From positions 1-27,429 of the forward strand of contig JBDRUH010000016.1 in the NCBI GenBank assembly GCA_039801225.1: a stretch of 27,429 nt of DNA, given 5' to 3'. A program made the translations under genes and the position numbers. Position 1 is the stretch's first letter, and every line of letters starts with the position of its first letter. Of this stretch, positions 23,532 to 27,429 are shown piece after piece. The notes beneath the pieces are model-generated. The model worked only from the letters and a program-made list of their open reading frames with translations, was not told the DNA's origin and ran no database searches. The stretch is from a candidate division WOR-3 bacterium (lineage in GTDB: Bacteria; Hydrothermota; Tepidihabitantia; Tepidihabitantales; Tepidihabitantaceae).

Positions 23532-24293
23532 ATGATGGTAATGGGTGTGATTAGTGATATTCACAGTAACTGGGAGGCGCTGGAGGTGGTCTTCGGGTTT
23601 TTAAAAGAGAAAGGGGTGAAGGAGATTCTATGTTGCGGCGATGTTGTCGGCTACGGTCCGGACCCGGAGAGGTGTATTGAACTTCTGGAGAGGGAGAGGA
23701 TTAAAACTGTTGCCGGGAATCACGACTGGGGGGTAACAGGTAAAACCAGTGTAAGGGGATTCAACCCGGTCGCCAGTGCAGCAGTGAGATGGACCCAACC
23801 CCGATTAAACTCAGGGCAATTGGCTTTCCTGAATAACTTACCATTGTGGTTTGATATCTCTGAGAGCTCGTATGCCGGCTGTAAGGTGGTTCATGCCGGA
23901 CCTGCCCAGCCAAAGGAATGGGGTTATGTGTTTACCTTGGAGGATGCCAAACAGGAGTTTGGCGCCTTTACCCAGGAGATATGCCTTATCGGGCATACCC
24001 ACATTCCTTTTATTATAGAACAGACCAATCAAGGGATGATTTTGGTGCCAGGAATAAAGGTTTTGTCTTCGGTCCCTTTTCCTCTCAAGAGGGATGCCCG
24101 ATATCTGATTAATGTGGGAAGTGTTGGTCAGCCCCGGGATGGCGACCCGCGAGCCTGTTGCGTGTTAATAGACCTTGAGGAGCGGTGGGTAAGTTTCCAT
24201 CGCCTCAGTTACGACTTCACCGTTACCCAGCGCAAGATGCGCGCCTACGGGCTACCCGAACTCCTTGCTCAGCGCTTAGCGCTGGGTCAGTAA
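23532..24293 (+). CDS. Calcineurin-like metallophosphoesterase
   Basis: SDIHSN, CGDVVGYGP, GNHD, GHTH, NVGSVGQPRDGDPRA. Confidence 0.93.
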   Translation: MMVMGVISDIHSNWEALEVVFGFLKEKGVKEILCCGDVVGYGPDPERCIELLERERIKTVAGNHDWGVTGKTSVRGFNPVASAAVRWTQPRLNSGQLAFLNNLPLWFDISESSYAGCKVVHAGPAQPKEWGYVFTLEDAKQEFGAFTQEICLIGHTHIPFIIEQTNQGMILVPGIKVLSSVPFPLKRDARYLINVGSVGQPRDGDPRACCVLIDLEERWVSFHRLSYDFTVTQRKMRAYGLPELLAQRLALGQ

Positions 24294-26977
24294 CGAAAAA
24301 CCACCGCCTTCTGGGCGTATACCCCATCCGGGGTAATTAACTGGAGAAAGTAGGTGCCCGTCGCAAATCTGGTTGCATCTATTTTGAAAGAGACAATCTC
24401 ACCGAGCCTAACCTGCTTCTCTTGAGCAAAAACCAGTCTGCCTGCCAAGTTATAGGTGCGGAGTTCAACATTGCCGGACAAGGGGGCGACAAACTCTACC
24501 GTTGCTGAACGAGAGAAGGGCGAAGGGGTAATATGGAGGAGATAGGGTCGGTTTCCTGAAACGGGGATTACCGGCTCGGTAACTCCGGGCAACCTTTCGC
24601 CCATCCATTCCAAAATCCGTTTAATAAGTGTCCAGCGCTGGAGATAACGGGCGGTGGCGTGGTCAATCGCCTCAAACGCCACCGAGAAATAGACCAGGCG
24701 GTAGTTTCCGGCATAGCGGATAATCGGCGCGGTAGTGGTATCGGAGTAACCCTGGAACCGGGCGCAAGGTTCAGCACCGTTGAGCGGTCTAATCACATCA
24801 CTGGAGCGGGCGTTGTTGGCACCACCACCGCCGGCAATGACTATCGTATCTCCGCGGGTAATCGGGTCACTAAGAATTCCGGGTAGATAGAATTTGCCGG
24901 CCGAGTCCTCAACGAACTGGGAATGGAGGTAGTCGGAGAGAAACTGGGTACCGTTGAGTTCATAGGCGACATTCTGACTGGAGAGAAGCAGTTTACCACC
25001 ATTGTCAAGATAACTGGCAAGGTTGGATTGGTCGGTGGCGGTGAGGGTATTGGTTTTGGCATTACCGGTAAACCAGATGACCACCGGATATTGGTTTAAG
25101 ACCTCGGGTGAAGGCGAACCGGAATTTTGCACCGAATGGACCGCATACAGGATGCCATTGGAGTCGCAGGCTGAGGTGTAATACCGTTCAAAGTTCTCGC
25201 CCTCATCGTCGTCCACAATTAAAACCCGTGGTTCACCACACTGGGTAACAAAAAATGTGTCGGGATAGGCAGGCTCTGGAAGGGCGTTGACCTTCAAAAA
25301 GAGGCGAATTCTGTGGGGCGGTGCGGTATCGGCAATCTGAATTACAAAAGAGTCACTGGAACAGTCGCCACTTCCGCCACCAGGGATATCCGGGAAGGTG
25401 GCGGTGTTTTTCAAAACGGTGACATCGGTGCCAATAGCGTTAAGGTATGCTGAGACCTGGGTGGCGGTGCGCCATCCCGGGGCATTGGTATAAGTAACGA
25501 TTAATCCGACGGTTTCACCTGGGTCAGGTCTACCATTGCCATTACCGCCCTGGTCGTTGAACCGCCAGTCGGTTAATTTAAGGTTCGTATAATAAAGCGG
25601 GAGAATTACATTTGCCATTGAGACTCTACCGGCGCCCAATTTTCCTAAGAGATAGAGCGAGTCGGGCATTGAGTCGCAAGACTCATGCATAATCTGAATA
25701 CAGGTTTGGTTGGATACGGTGGAATCAAAGGACTTTATCCAGCAGGCGACACCACTGGCAAGCGGCGCCGACATTGATGTCCCATCCATTGGTCCGTAGT
25801 TGCCACCGGGCAGGGTGGAATAGATATGCTCACCCGGCGCGGTAATGTCAACCCAGGGACCGTAGTTGGACCAGGACGCCTTGCGGTCATTCGGTCCGGA
25901 GGCGGCAACATTTTCCACACCTTCGTAACAGGCGGGGTAGCGCATCACTTCACTGTAGTCATTCCCGGCTGAACCAAAAAGCACCATCCCGGACTCCCAG
26001 GCATACCGGCAGGCATCAGCCATCGTTTGGTTGGGTGAGGGCGAGCCAAAACTCATTGAAACAGACCAGGCGCCTAACGGTACCATATAATAGAGCGCTG
26101 CAGCAGCCGCAGCGGTGTTCATTCCACCGCTACTGGTGCCGCAACGAAACGCCATTGAACGGCTGTTCCAGGTAGCCCCGGCAACACCAATCCCATTATT
26201 GGTTACCGCATTGGTAATACCCCAGCAATGGGTGCCATGGTCGTCAGCGCCTTGCGGCATAGGAATCGGGTCGCCAGTAAGAAAGTCCCAACCGACCACA
26301 TCGTCGGCATAACCGTTCATATCCTGGTCAACCCCATCAATATCGCCATCCGGGTAGGGCAGGGTGTCAAACCTTCCATTACCATTGACATCCTCCGGGG
26401 TATTAATCCACAGGTTCGGTTCAATATCGGGATGGAACAGGTCAAGCCCATCATCCAGGACAGAGTTGATTACCTGGGCTTTTCCCTTAGCGATATGCCA
26501 GGCCCAGGGGGCACCGATGTTAGCAAAATACCACTGATAGTTATAAAGGGAGTCATTCGGCACATCATCAAGGCGCATCACCGTATTGGGACAGACCTCT
26601 ACCACCGCGCTTAAACTTTTATAATCGGCGAGCACTGGTGTTATCCCCTGGTCCACATCAAACTGAATAAGGAATTGTAAATCACATCCATACTTCTGAG
26701 CGATCGGGTCTACTTTCGGATGGCGCCAGAGGGGCATAATCTCATCCACCCGCCACTTCCGGTTCAGACTATCAAGCGCCGCAATACCAAACAGGGCGAT
26801 ACCGTCTTGCTCCGAAATTTGCACCTTACCCCGCATATTCGGGGCGAGTTCAATTATCAACTGTCCGGCGATATGCTCTTCTCCGTCAGTTGAACTAACC
26901 ACCGGGCGGTTAAAATCGGGCCAGGCATAAATTACCGCGCTGATCAGTAGCGTTACCGCAAAAACTTTCAATTTCAT
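24287..26977 (-). CDS. Secreted S8 subtilisin-like serine protease with accessory domains and T9SS-like C-terminal domain (start ATG 26977)
   Basis: SD AAGGAGG; signal peptide; catalytic VLDDG, HGTHCWG, GTSMSAP; oxyanion SAGND; tail LRTYNLAGRLV...TGTYFLQL...KAVVFRY. Confidence 0.95.
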   Translation of the reverse strand: MKLKVFAVTLLISAVIYAWPDFNRPVVSSTDGEEHIAGQLIIELAPNMRGKVQISEQDGIALFGIAALDSLNRKWRVDEIMPLWRHPKVDPIAQKYGCDLQFLIQFDVDQGITPVLADYKSLSAVVEVCPNTVMRLDDVPNDSLYNYQWYFANIGAPWAWHIAKGKAQVINSVLDDGLDLFHPDIEPNLWINTPEDVNGNGRFDTLPYPDGDIDGVDQDMNGYADDVVGWDFLTGDPIPMPQGADDHGTHCWGITNAVTNNGIGVAGATWNSRSMAFRCGTSSGGMNTAAAAAALYYMVPLGAWSVSMSFGSPSPNQTMADACRYAWESGMVLFGSAGNDYSEVMRYPACYEGVENVAASGPNDRKASWSNYGPWVDITAPGEHIYSTLPGGNYGPMDGTSMSAPLASGVACWIKSFDSTVSNQTCIQIMHESCDSMPDSLYLLGKLGAGRVSMANVILPLYYTNLKLTDWRFNDQGGNGNGRPDPGETVGLIVTYTNAPGWRTATQVSAYLNAIGTDVTVLKNTATFPDIPGGGSGDCSSDSFVIQIADTAPPHRIRLFLKVNALPEPAYPDTFFVTQCGEPRVLIVDDDEGENFERYYTSACDSNGILYAVHSVQNSGSPSPEVLNQYPVVIWFTGNAKTNTLTATDQSNLASYLDNGGKLLLSSQNVAYELNGTQFLSDYLHSQFVEDSAGKFYLPGILSDPITRGDTIVIAGGGGANNARSSDVIRPLNGAEPCARFQGYSDTTTAPIIRYAGNYRLVYFSVAFEAIDHATARYLQRWTLIKRILEWMGERLPGVTEPVIPVSGNRPYLLHITPSPFSRSATVEFVAPLSGNVELRTYNLAGRLVFAQEKQVRLGEIVSFKIDATRFATGTYFLQLITPDGVYAQKAVVFRY

Positions 26978-27020
26978 AAATTGCCTCCTTAAGCAAATTG
27001 TGCTCAATTAAACTAAACTA

Positions 27021-27048
27021 ATATTAACCTATTCTCCTTCTCTGTCAA
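27021..27048 (-). promoter_or_regulatory. Promoter TTGACA-N16-TAATAT for the S8 gene
   Basis: Near-consensus boxes on the reverse strand. Confidence 0.7.
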
Positions 27049-27088
27049 ACTTCTTTATTAGGACAGCCTTAGGTTGAATTGCGCCTTT

Positions 27089-27427
27089 TTAATGCGCCAG
27101 CATCCTTTCCCGGAAAAAACTTCCAGAAATCGTGGGAGTATAATCCCAGTCCGAGACCAGACAGGGCGGCCATTCCGGACCAAAATTCCATGCCAGCCAG
27201 CCGATATTTCTGGGCTTTAAGTAACCGTCAATAAGCGGAATGCCAAAATCTTCTGGTGTTCCTCGCATAGCATCCTCAGCAGCATTGGGTTCGAATCCGG
27301 TTTCAGTAACTAGTATGGGCACATAAAAAGCCAAATTTCCAAAAGCGGTATCCCAGACCGCATGCCACTCACCAGGAAGCAATGTCCAGGGGTAGATGTG
27401 GACGGAGTAAACTACGCCGGGACGACG
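27089..27427 (-). CDS. 3' end of a probable glycoside hydrolase family 5 (clan GH-A) enzyme; truncated by the window
   Basis: Frame open to the window edge: VVYSVHIYP (H-x-Y), PILVTETG (nucleophile Glu), IGWLAWNF. Confidence 0.75.
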   Translation of the reverse strand, partial: RRPGVVYSVHIYPWTLLPGEWHAVWDTAFGNLAFYVPILVTETGFEPNAAEDAMRGTPEDFGIPLIDGYLKPRNIGWLAWNFGPEWPPCLVSDWDYTPTISGSFFRERMLAH

Positions 27428-27429
27428 CA

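Noticed and set aside
1..27429. Transposase, integrase, prophage, defence system, tRNA or rRNA genes
   Set aside because: No supporting motifs; all long ORFs are accounted for, and the remaining short ORFs overlap real genes.

Overview
Bacterial chromosomal window with no phage, IS, CRISPR, rRNA or tRNA evident. The secreted C25 and S8 proteases with T9SS-like tails suggest an FCB-associated lineage such as WOR-3 (inference only). Gene order: 5'-truncated polA; a Wzx/Wzy-type surface polysaccharide cluster (wecB, Wzz/GNVR co-polymerase, flippase, O-antigen ligase/polymerase, GT4, convergent GT2); AICAR-transformylase-only purH; a secreted serpin; a lipoprotein; a minus-strand operon (Cys/Met PLP enzyme, thrC, ApgM-like); a gingipain-family protease; ribBA-ribH-nusB-metallophosphoesterase; a subtilase; and the 3' end of a GH5. 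The genes are mostly ordinary. The most striking signal is a dispersed layer of small DNA elements. (1) A family of 22-34 bp hairpins with covarying outer stems and a conserved GA/(C,G)RA internal loop, several closed by GC-GNA-GC. They lie in frame inside wecB, the ApgM-like gene and the PLP enzyme, between genes, and as an inverted doublet. (2) 7-bp-periodic arrays concentrated at gene junctions, including a 130-bp heptameric palindrome. Other notable points: sigma70-like promoters with mostly 16-bp spacers, several apparently leaderless genes, a structured 5' leader before the lipoprotein, a natural F762Y-type Pol I, and a possible ThrB-independent O-phosphohomoserine branch operon.
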